Shown: in pieces, positions 53,481 through 63,279 of the stretch | Position numbering within the stretch: the stretch's first letter is position 1 | How the letters are laid out: each line of letters opens with the position of its first letter | Virus record (IMG/VR): IMGVR_UViG_3300045988_173968 | Origin: a virus | DNA: 64,000 nucleotides | Strand: one strand, 5' to 3' | Translations under genes and position numbers: made by a program | Notes under the pieces: generated by a model | Databases searched by the model: none | What the model saw: only the letters and a program-made list of their open reading frames with translations | What the model was told of the DNA's origin: nothing

Positions 53481-54797
53481 ATGAAGAAGAGAGTCGATAT
53501 TGGTTATCACGATTATGTATATAAATTATTTTTTGAGCCAGGCTTAGATCTTGCGCCTAACGAGAGCCTGACAAGAAATATTACCTTTCAGGTAACTGAT
53601 GACTGCTGTATGAATTGCTCCTACTGTTACCAAGGTCATAAAGGTCATCGCATCATGTCTAAGGAGGTCGCCCGCAAGGGAGTTGACCTCCTTTTTGATA
53701 TGTATGAGAAAAATGATAGCCCATTTATCAACAAAAAGACCAAGGCCATCATCCTCGACTTCATTGGCGGTGAACCGTTAATGGCGGTTGATGTTATCGA
53801 TTACATCTGTACCTATTTTGTGCAGAAATGTCTTGAGCTTGATCACCCGTGGCTATATACATGGCGTGCCTCGATGACATCAAACGGCGCTTTGTATTTT
53901 GAGCCAGCTGTTCAGAATTTTCTGAAAAAGTTCCGTGGCAATGTGAGCTTCTCAATCACTCTTGATGGCCCTAAAGAAATTCACGATGCTTGTCGAGTTT
54001 ACCACGATGGTCGTGGTAACTTTGATGATGCCTATGCTGCGATGAAGCATTTTAATTCGCACTACTACGAAGAGCTTGGCACTAAGGTTACTATTGCGCC
54101 GGAAAATCTGCATAATCTTAATAAAATCGTAGATTTCTTTCTTGCGGAAGGCATGAATCTTATTCACGCAAATTGCGTGTATGAAGCAAAGTGGACTTAT
54201 GAACAAGCAAGCGTATTTTACGATGAGTTAAAAAAGATGGCCGACAAGTTGCTTGAACGCAATGATGAAACTACTGTGAGCCTGTTTGATGAAGCGTTCT
54301 TCAGACCATTACCGCCAGAAGAAAATTCAAATTGGTGTGGAGGGGATATGAAAATGTTGGCATTTGACCCGGCTGGCATTGCATATCCGTGTTTGCGATA
54401 TATGTCATCATCTCTTGGAACTGATAGAGCCCCAATTATAGTTGGCTCAGTAGATGGGCTCTTTGTTACGGAAGAGCAAAAGAACATCAAAGAATACATG
54501 GATAAAATAACACGCCGTTCTCAGTCTACGGATGAATGCTTTAATTGCCCGATAGCGGGCGGCTGTGCTTGGTGCTCCGCTTGGAATTACCAAGAAACTG
54601 GTTCCGTTAACAAGCGCAGTACAAATATTTGTGCAATGCACAAAGCCAGGTCTTTAGCTAATGTGTATTACTGGAACAAGTGGTATAAGCAGAACGGTAT
54701 CGACAAGGTATTCAAGATGTATCTGCCCAAAGAAGAAGCCTTAAAGATCATCAACGAGCAGGAATACGATATGCTTGCTGAACTCAGCAAAGAGTAA
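53481..54797 (+). CDS. radical SAM enzyme with C-terminal SPASM-type auxiliary cluster domain (anSME/peptide-maturase-like)
   Basis: 438 aa. CCMNCSYC (CX3CX2C), GGEPLM, C-terminal CFNCPIAGGCAWC ... NICAMH. Confidence 0.85.
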   Translation: MKKRVDIGYHDYVYKLFFEPGLDLAPNESLTRNITFQVTDDCCMNCSYCYQGHKGHRIMSKEVARKGVDLLFDMYEKNDSPFINKKTKAIILDFIGGEPLMAVDVIDYICTYFVQKCLELDHPWLYTWRASMTSNGALYFEPAVQNFLKKFRGNVSFSITLDGPKEIHDACRVYHDGRGNFDDAYAAMKHFNSHYYEELGTKVTIAPENLHNLNKIVDFFLAEGMNLIHANCVYEAKWTYEQASVFYDELKKMADKLLERNDETTVSLFDEAFFRPLPPEENSNWCGGDMKMLAFDPAGIAYPCLRYMSSSLGTDRAPIIVGSVDGLFVTEEQKNIKEYMDKITRRSQSTDECFNCPIAGGCAWCSAWNYQETGSVNKRSTNICAMHKARSLANVYYWNKWYKQNGIDKVFKMYLPKEEALKIINEQEYDMLAELSKE

Positions 54798-54818
54798 AAA
54801 TGAAAGGAGGTCATATCT

Positions 54819-55469
54819 ATGGCTCTTGAATCAAAGAATCAGACGCTTGCCTCCGATTTTATATCTCTTAAAGCAAGAGTAAAAGCTGAAATGCAACGCC
54901 GTAAATATAACGGTGATCTTACAAAATACGCTGGAGCCGAATGGGATTATGTTGTTCAGCCGACTGCCGGTGGGAAACTTCTGCCGGAACACTATAATAA
55001 AATCATTGAACCGCTGAATGCTATTGCACCGACTGGGTTTAATGCCCCCATAAGGCAAGGCGATCATGCAATTGCTATTAAGGTTGCAGTGGACAAACTG
55101 GAAGAATACGAGAAGAAGTCTCCATCGAGCGGAGCAAATGACTGTGCTGTGAGTTGCTCTGGGAGATGCACCACGAGCTGCGGGAGTAATTGTTACAAAG
55201 TCTGCCATGGCGGTTGTAGTTATGGGTGCGGTGTTGGCTGTAGCGGCGATTGTGATGGTGGATGTGAAGGTGATTGCAATACGACTTGTTCTGGAACATG
55301 CAAAACTGGTTGTGGTGGAGGATGTAAAGGAACATGCAAAGGTGGTTGCAGCAATGGCTGCAGTCAGTATTGCAACTTGTCTTGCGGCTACGGTTGCGGC
55401 ATGGGCTGCGGTAATGGTTGTGGCGGGAGTTCAGGCGGCGGAACCACTAATCCTGGCACCGGAGCCTAA
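54819..55469 (+). CDS. Cys-ladder protein B: paralog of 51918-52532 with 24 Cys in a near-perfect C-x3-C register
   Basis: 216 aa. AAAGGAGG RBS. Tail CAVSCSGRCTTSCGSNCYKVCHGGCSYGCGVGCSGDC...CGNGCGG. Confidence 0.75.
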   Translation: MALESKNQTLASDFISLKARVKAEMQRRKYNGDLTKYAGAEWDYVVQPTAGGKLLPEHYNKIIEPLNAIAPTGFNAPIRQGDHAIAIKVAVDKLEEYEKKSPSSGANDCAVSCSGRCTTSCGSNCYKVCHGGCSYGCGVGCSGDCDGGCEGDCNTTCSGTCKTGCGGGCKGTCKGGCSNGCSQYCNLSCGYGCGMGCGNGCGGSSGGGTTNPGTGA

Positions 55470-55496
55470 ACAATGATTAACTTGGAGGATTAAAAT

Positions 55497-55973
55497 ATGG
55501 AAACTGTAAAATGTTCTTTCTTTTACGAAGGCGAAGAGTACGAGTTTGAGATGCGCAACCGCATCTCTTTCACCGAGATGGCTGTTCTTTGCCACAATGT
55601 TGTTGGGGAGATGTTCTCTAATGGAGAATACTTCCCTGAGTTCCGTGATTTCGCTATGTGGAAGGAGATCATTCGCGCATATACCAATGTGTCTCTGTGG
55701 GATGATTCCGAGGACATTAACGAAATGAACAAGAATTACGAGCTCATCTTCGGATCTACCATCTGCGACGAAATTCGCAGCATCGCTGGCGAACAGATTG
55801 ATCGCCAGATCGAGGAGTATATAGACAAGCTGGAACAGCGTGAGCTAAATAAGACCAGGCTGGATATGCTTATCGATGAGATAATTGGAGATCCATCCGT
55901 AACAGCGGCTTTGAAACAGGTTGCGGATACTTTGTCCGTAGCTCAGCAAGCTGATGAAGAGAAAACTGAATAA
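55497..55973 (+). CDS. acidic hypothetical protein, last gene of the cassette
   Basis: 158 aa. GGAGG RBS. Confidence 0.6.
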   Translation: METVKCSFFYEGEEYEFEMRNRISFTEMAVLCHNVVGEMFSNGEYFPEFRDFAMWKEIIRAYTNVSLWDDSEDINEMNKNYELIFGSTICDEIRSIAGEQIDRQIEEYIDKLEQRELNKTRLDMLIDEIIGDPSVTAALKQVADTLSVAQQADEEKTE

Positions 55974-55985
55974 GACACGATTAAG

Positions 55986-56014
55986 CGGGGCCCTTATTGG
56001 GCCCCGTAGTTTTA
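55986..56014 (+). terminator. intrinsic terminator closing the Cys-ladder cassette
   Basis: CGGGGCCC-TTATT-GGGCCCCG followed by TAGTTTT. Confidence 0.6.
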
Positions 56015-56035
56015 ACGCTGAAAGGAGGCGACTTT

Positions 56036-56689
56036 TTGGCTACTATATATTTTAACAATGACGCCGAATTTGTGAATTACTTCAACTCCCAAGAAGGGAA
56101 AAAGGTCGCCAAGCAACTCGTAAGACGAGCAAAAGCATCCAAGAGCGGCGTTGTTGGCAAGAGTTCTGGCATTGAATTTTCGGCAGCCGATGGGGATAGT
56201 AGAACGCAAGAGGAAATTATGTTTGATGAAGCAAATCGGTTGCGCGATTTGATTATGAAATGGATTCGGCTTTTCCTTAACTTAAAGTCTCATAAGGATG
56301 GCGTTTATTGGGGCATCTATAGAACAAATGAATACTGGCGAACTGGAAAATTAAAGCGTTCTGTTAAAGAGGTTGAGCCCAATTTTGTTCGAATAACCCA
56401 AGGACAACATGAACAGCTTTCAATCGATATTGATTTTGATCAAGAAAGCATTATGCACGAGTCGATTTTGAACGAGTGGTATCCTGGGGAATATGAAGAT
56501 CGATATCAAGGCGATGTTTATAAACTGATTCGTTACGGTTGGAGAGTTCGAAAAGATGTTTGGTTCAAGAATATACCTGATTTTGGTTATTTTGATGGCT
56601 TTGACTTTGTTGATATGGCTGTAAAAGAGTTTAATTCCAACAATCCGTACAAAATAAAGGTTGCATTGTCTGATGCATTCTATAAGTAA
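56036..56689 (+). CDS. hypothetical tail-module protein
   Basis: AAAGGAGG RBS 7 nt before TTG 56036 (..ATIYFNNDAEF). The ORF-track N-terminal extension spans the terminator and is discounted. Confidence 0.55.
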   Translation: MATIYFNNDAEFVNYFNSQEGKKVAKQLVRRAKASKSGVVGKSSGIEFSAADGDSRTQEEIMFDEANRLRDLIMKWIRLFLNLKSHKDGVYWGIYRTNEYWRTGKLKRSVKEVEPNFVRITQGQHEQLSIDIDFDQESIMHESILNEWYPGEYEDRYQGDVYKLIRYGWRVRKDVWFKNIPDFGYFDGFDFVDMAVKEFNSNNPYKIKVALSDAFYK

Positions 56690-56703
56690 AAAGAGGTGGT
56701 TAT

Positions 56704-59700
56704 GTGGCTGATAATTATAAGATAAGACTTATTGGTGAGTTGGACGCTGAAACAACCACCTCGAATATAAAAAAACAACTCGAAGGAATAAAGATTAAGG
56801 CAAACATTCTTGAAGGCGGTTTTACCGCGGAGAGTATAGAGAAGCTTTCCGAGCAAATCTCCAATGCAGTAGATGCTTATCAGAAGAAAAGCGAAAAATC
56901 TCCTATACGGGTTCCAATTAAAATCTCCAAGGTTGATGGAAGTGAAGCTATTGCTGTATTCAAGAATCAGCTTAGCAAGGAGATCAATGCTCTGAACATT
57001 GCCTCTCCTGGTACGCACGATGTGCATTTGGAAATCAAGGATTCCGAGTAGGGCAAAGAAAAGGCTGCAGCTCTTAAACAAGAAGCAAATGAGCAAGCGG
57101 CTAAGGCTGCCGAAAAAGAATTAAAGGCTCATCAGGCTACAAATACTGCTTTGCAAAATGAGATTGATAAGCTCAAGGAGAAGTTCCAAGAGCAGCAAAA
57201 AGCTAACGCAGAAGCACTGGCTGAAGAGCGTCAGGCGAGAAAAAAGGCTGAAGCCGAAGCGGCTGTGACAAACGAGAAGAAAAAGCAGCAGGAAGCTGAA
57301 GTTGCCGCTCAAGCCGCCCAAAAAAGAACTAACAAACTGATTCAGGATTCTATAAGTTTACTTAATAAACAGACTGTTTATTTCAAGAAAAACCCCGTTG
57401 TATATAACGGAAACATACTTGACGCTAACCGTTGGAAATACCAGTTAAACAATATCATCAATGGCAAGGTTACAAATCCTGATGAAGCGGCAGATATCGT
57501 TTCAAAATATCGTCAGTGGTTTGACGGTATGAAAACATCCGCTATTGAAGCTGGCATAACTGGCGCAACGGCCATCGATAAGATAAAGCAGGCTATTACT
57601 AAGTTTGGCAGTTGGAACATCATGACTTTTGCCATCACCAAACTTAAGCGCGGCCTTGTTGATATCGTTAAAAATGTCAAAGAGCTTGATGCTGCGATGA
57701 CGGAGCTGCAAAAAGTTACGGATGAAACATCCAACCGATACGAGCGCTTTGTTAAGGACGCTGCTGCTTCCGCCAAGCAACTTGGTACTACCCTTGTCGG
57801 TATCGTAAACGCTACGAGCACATTTGCTCGACTTGGCTACAATATAGATGATGCTTCTGAATATGCAAAAATCGCAACCGTCTATAAGAATGTTGGCGAC
57901 TCTATTGAAAGTATCGATGATGCTGCAAGCAGTCTTGTCTCTACGATGAAAGCATTTAAGCTTGAGAGTATTAGTGACGCTTGGGGTATTATTGATCTGT
58001 TTAACGAGGTTGGCAACTCCTTTGCGACTACATCCGGAGACATCGGCGAAGCGATGAAGCGCTCTGCCTCTGCTTTGTATGAAGCGGGCAATACGATTGA
58101 GCAGTCTGTTGGTTTGTATACTGCAGCGCAAACGATTGTACAGGATGCTGATGTAGTTGGTACGGCATTAAAGACTCTTTCTATGCGCTTGCGTGGCACA
58201 AAAACTGATCTTGAAGCCGCTGGACTTGATGTCGATGGGCTTGCATCTTCTACATCTGCGTTAAGAGGTGAGATCCTTGCCCTTACCAATGTGGATATTA
58301 TGAAGAGCGCTACCGAGTTCAAGTCTACATATGAAATGTTGCAGGATTTGAGCAAGGTATGGGATAAGCTCGAAGAAACCTCTCGTGCCAGAGTTCTTGA
58401 ACTCGTTGCCGGTAAGCGAATGGCTTCCACAGTTGCGGCCATTATCAATAATTTCGACATTGCTGAAGAAGTTACTGGATTGAACTATTCCGGCAGTGCC
58501 TTAAAAGAAAATGAGAAATACCTCGAAAGTATCAATGGACGCATTGATGTACTTAAAGCTTCTTATGAGGAACTTTCTCAAACCGTGCTCGATAGTGGTC
58601 TTGTTAAAGCATTTGTAGATATCGGGAATGCAGCTATCAATGCATTTAACTGGCTTTATAGCGCAGAAATTAGTTCTGACTCTCCGATTGGCAAATTAGG
58701 CAACATTTCAAAAAGTGTATATGAAATCAAAGATGCTATAACTTCCTTAATCCCATCCTTAGATCATGTTTCGAAGATAAAGCTGTGGGGCATCTTGCCA
58801 ACAATCATTCCTGCTATTACTGCCATTTCCAATGTACTAAGCAAAGGAAATGATAACGGGTATGTACAGGTAAAAAGAGAAGGAACATCATTAAGGCTTG
58901 CTGGCACTGATCGCTGGGCGAACGAAAAGGAAGCACTATCAGAAAAAGACTACCTTGACTTCTTAGGGTTTGGAGATTATACAAAGGCTGAAAAGTATCT
59001 CAAGAAAAATAAAGATAAATTTGACGGGTTATTTAAAGAGATTCTCACATGGAAATACGATTCGACTGATCTTGATCCAGACACGCTACTTCCAAAGAAA
59101 AAATTCAAACCCCTCTTTGAAACTGACCCTCAAAAATATCAGGAGAAGATAAAGCAATTTGGCGCTTATGCTGATGCGGCTGATCAAATTGCCCATAGCA
59201 CTGAGCAAGCAGCGGAAGCTACTGATATGATGGGCGAAGCCGTTGTTCGAGACACCTTTAAATATAAAGCTTTTACTGTTGCTGCTAAAGCGGCCAATGT
59301 AGCTTTATCAACGCTTAAGAGTCTCGCTATCTCATTTGCTATTCAGCTCGCTATAAACGCGGTAGTTGCTCTTGTCGATGAACTTAAAAATGGCATGAGC
59401 AACGCTGTTGAACGAGTGAGCGATGCCAAATCTGCTCTTGAAAGTGTTGACGAAAAAATCTCCGATACAACAAAAGAACTTGAAGAGGCTCAGAGCAGGA
59501 TTAAAGATATTCAAAATCTTGGAAAACTGTCAATTACGGATGCATCTGATCTCCGTAATCTTCAGTTATCCAATGCTCAACTTCTTGTACAGCTTTCGTT
59601 GCTCGAAAAGGAAAAAGAGCTTAAAGAAGCTGAACTTAATGCTGGCAAGAATGCCGTTTGGAATCGTTTTCAAAATTCACGGTGGGATGGATATTACACA

Positions 59701-61920
59701 AGACCCCAGGAAAAGTTAACTCAAGAAGAATATGTTAACTACATGCGTGATCAGCTTCCTAAAAAATACGAGCGTATTGCGGCACTCAATCAACTGGCTT
59801 CCCAAAGAGATTTGACCGCCGCCGAGAAGGGCGAGCTAAAATTATTGCAGTCCGGGATTGAAAAGGCACAAACCAATCTTCTTGAAATTGCTGAAAACCT
59901 GAAGGATATTGACAGTGAGCAGTCTAACGCTGTCATTGCAATGATTGCATGGCTGACTTCCAACAGTAAAACACAGCTCGAATTGTTTAATACCTACGCT
60001 GGTTCTATATCTGAGGGAGTACAGAAATCGTTGCTTGATATGGCATCGGCTGGAACCTTAACGGAAGAAAGTCTTAAAAGGGTTGTCCCCGAGCAAACGC
60101 TCGAAGCCATGGTTGCCCTTTGCGGCTCTATTGAGAATGTTATCTATCAATATGAGAACATGGCAAATAGCGGAGCGGATGTTACTGGCTCTCTGTATGC
60201 ACAGGCTCGTGAGCTTGAATCTATCAACGAAGATATGGATTCCTTGCAAAGCTCATATAAAACGCTCGTCGCGGCCATAAGCGAATATAATGCAAATGGC
60301 TACATGACTGTTGATACATTGCAGTCTTTCCTGTCCTTGTCTGACGACTATATTGAGGCTCTCACGCTTGAGAATGGACAGCTTGTTCTGAACACTGATA
60401 GTATCATCGCCTTGGCAAATGCTCGACTCGACGAAATGCTTGCGAAGAAGTGGAATCAGACTGTCGAAGTTATTGATACTCTCATTAAAGAGAAGAGTAG
60501 TACCGAAGAGACTACGGAGTCTATTCAAGATAAGACATACGCCATTGAAGATATGACGGATGCCGCTCTTGAGAATTACATTGTGGAACAGCTTGGGCTT
60601 AAGAGTAACCAAGAAATCAACAGTGAACTTCGTGCGGCTATCGACTCATTTAATATCTATAAGGCGATGATTGATTCTACTCGAAAAGGTCTTGGACGGT
60701 ACACCAATACCACTTTCGGAGCCGCAGACGCAACAAAATCTCTAACCGATGCAATTAAGGATCAATATGATAAGCTACTTGATAAGGAGAAAGCCCGTAT
60801 CAATGCTGCCAAAGAAGTTCTCGAGGATAGAAAGAAAGATCTTCAAGATGAACTTGATGCCCTTGAGGAGCAGTACGAAGCCGAGGATAAACTCCTCGAA
60901 TTGCAAAAGGCAAAAGACCGTTATGAAGCGGCTAAGGCGAACAAGAATACTCGGCTTTATACGGCTGATAAGGGATGGCAGTGGGTATCCGATCCACAAG
61001 AACTTGAGGACGCAAAGAGTAGCCTTGATGAACTCCACAAAGAGATGGAGCGAGATGAGGCTAAGAAGGCTATTCAAGACCAAATCGACGCTATCGATAA
61101 CCTAATTGATAAGTGTGACGATGCGCTGGATATTCTCGGGCAAGACTGGGATGATTACATTGAGCATTTGAATCTTGTCGCTGAGATGCAAGGTCTTACT
61201 ATGGATCAGTTGGGCGATCAGGTCGAAGGATTTGTTGACCGCGCAATAGACCTCATCAGGCAGTATTCCAATGCCTTGAAAGAAGCAGCGGCAGCTGAAA
61301 GTATGCTCGGTAATGGCAATGGTAAAAAGAATGCCGGAGATAACGACAAGCCAGTAGAAAAGGATTTCTGGAAAGATACAAAGGCTGGCACAATAATCTC
61401 TGATGTAATTGCGAAAAGCAAGCAGCAGGAGAATTGGTATCGTAATAATCTGCCGAATTCCATTACTAACCCATTCCCGAACGGAGTAAGTGGTGTATCG
61501 GGCACAAAGATTGCAGGTAAGATAGTAGATGATATTGCTAAGGGAAAGCGCGCTCCGCTCGCTACCGGCGTTAAGTATGTTTCCTCATCCGGTATTTACA
61601 ATGTCGATGATGGAAACGGCCCAGAAATCATCGCTCGTCGCGGCAGATATACTCGACTTGAAGTTGGCGATGGTGTTGTACCAGCAGATTTAACTGCTCG
61701 GTTATTTGCTCTTGCCAAATCTCCAGAGGAATACATTATGCCTAAAGTAAGCGGACTGTTTGCTATTTTGGCTGCCAATTTGATTGGCCGTCCCGGTCAG
61801 GTACAGCAATCTGCTCAACAGCCTATCTATATCGCTAAGGTAGAAGTTACTGGTGTTGAGGATGTTGATGGGTTCCTTGACGAATTAACTAAAATCGTAA
61901 ATCGTAAGAGAAAGGTGTGA
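56704..61920 (+). CDS. tail tape measure protein; one in-frame TAG (57049-57051)
   Basis: ORF-track pieces 56704-57051 and 57151-61920 share a frame with only the TAG between them. About 1738 codons. Long Ala/Lys/Glu coiled coils and central hydrophobic segments are typical of tape measure proteins. Confidence 0.8.
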
Positions 61921-61926
61921 TAATTT

Positions 61927-63279
61927 ATGGCTTTGATTTATAAACCGCTGCGGCAATTTATGAGGCCGTGTGATACAGTAATTGACCCAAAGAGCAAGGA
62001 AGAAAATGTCTTTAGCCTTACTGTCGATGGCCAAATTTGCACCGCATACCGTTTTGTAGTTTATGATCTGCGCGGTAACATCAATAATTCTCTTACGACC
62101 GGTTTGGTTGAGCTTGATACGCCGTTGTACGATGGAGACACCTTGGAGCACGAGGTGTCTCCGAATTCTTTTACCGCTGGTGAAACATATCGGTGGCAGG
62201 TGTGCCTTCTTGCTTCAAAAATGGTCGTAGAGAGTGTAGATGCAACTGAAAAGACCTACAAGGTTGCAAACCACAACCTTGTGACAGGCGATTCCATTTT
62301 CGTCTTTTCCTCTGGCTCGCTGCCTACTGAACTGACTGCGTGGAAGCTGTATTATATACGCCGCATCGACAAAGATAATATAGCACTGTTCGAGTATATT
62401 GACGGTGCAAAGAACGATGCCGGTAGAGTGGAAGTAACTGCTCCTGCCGATGGAGCAACATTGTCTATTTATAATGGGGTTCAATCGGAACACATTGTAT
62501 TTGATGTATATGACTCCCCTACCCTGTCGTTGACATCGGAAGAAATAACGGGGCATGAATACACATGGAAACCAGAGTATTCCCATCCACAAGGGGTTAT
62601 GGTTAATCATTGGGAAGCATTCATTGCAGACCCAAATTCTGCAGAATCTGATATTGTCAGCAGCGGTGATGTGTATTCTTCAAAGATCGAGTGGAAATAC
62701 GATGGTCTGATGAGTGGAACTACATACTGGGTATGGTTTAAAATAGTCACGAATATTGGGCAGACCTATTACTCTCCCAGAGTGCCTTTCCGGGTTGTAT
62801 ATTCTGATGTATCTGTAGGTATGGTACCTTCTGCTACCAATAGCGAAGACGAATCGCATGTTCTTGTCCGCTGGTCTTCACTGATAGAGAATATTGGGAA
62901 AATTACAGGTGATTACTCGTTCATTGACTATTTGGATAAACCAAACAAGGGGCTTTATCTGCATGCAGGAGCTGAGCTCTCATACGAGGAGCTCAAGGTC
63001 AACGCAGAAGAAAGTTCAGTCCCAATGTTTATGTGGACTCCTCGAAGCTCTGACTTTGACGGCGTAATCATGAAGGCAGAGAACTCATTAACTACCGAAA
63101 CCCTTGAGATAGGATATGATTCCACACTGCAGTGTTTCTGGTTCTCTATTAACGGTAATGAACCCCGGTACAATGCGGTACATGCCATTTATCCAAACAC
63201 TTCGTATGCGATTGGCATGGCCGGAGAACAGCTTGTCGTCAATGTTGTTGGCAATGTGGAGGTGAATTGGAATGAATAA
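61927..63279 (+). CDS. distal tail / baseplate protein (by position after the tape measure)
   Basis: ORF track 450 aa. Confidence 0.6.
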   Translation: MALIYKPLRQFMRPCDTVIDPKSKEENVFSLTVDGQICTAYRFVVYDLRGNINNSLTTGLVELDTPLYDGDTLEHEVSPNSFTAGETYRWQVCLLASKMVVESVDATEKTYKVANHNLVTGDSIFVFSSGSLPTELTAWKLYYIRRIDKDNIALFEYIDGAKNDAGRVEVTAPADGATLSIYNGVQSEHIVFDVYDSPTLSLTSEEITGHEYTWKPEYSHPQGVMVNHWEAFIADPNSAESDIVSSGDVYSSKIEWKYDGLMSGTTYWVWFKIVTNIGQTYYSPRVPFRVVYSDVSVGMVPSATNSEDESHVLVRWSSLIENIGKITGDYSFIDYLDKPNKGLYLHAGAELSYEELKVNAEESSVPMFMWTPRSSDFDGVIMKAENSLTTETLEIGYDSTLQCFWFSINGNEPRYNAVHAIYPNTSYAIGMAGEQLVVNVVGNVEVNWNE

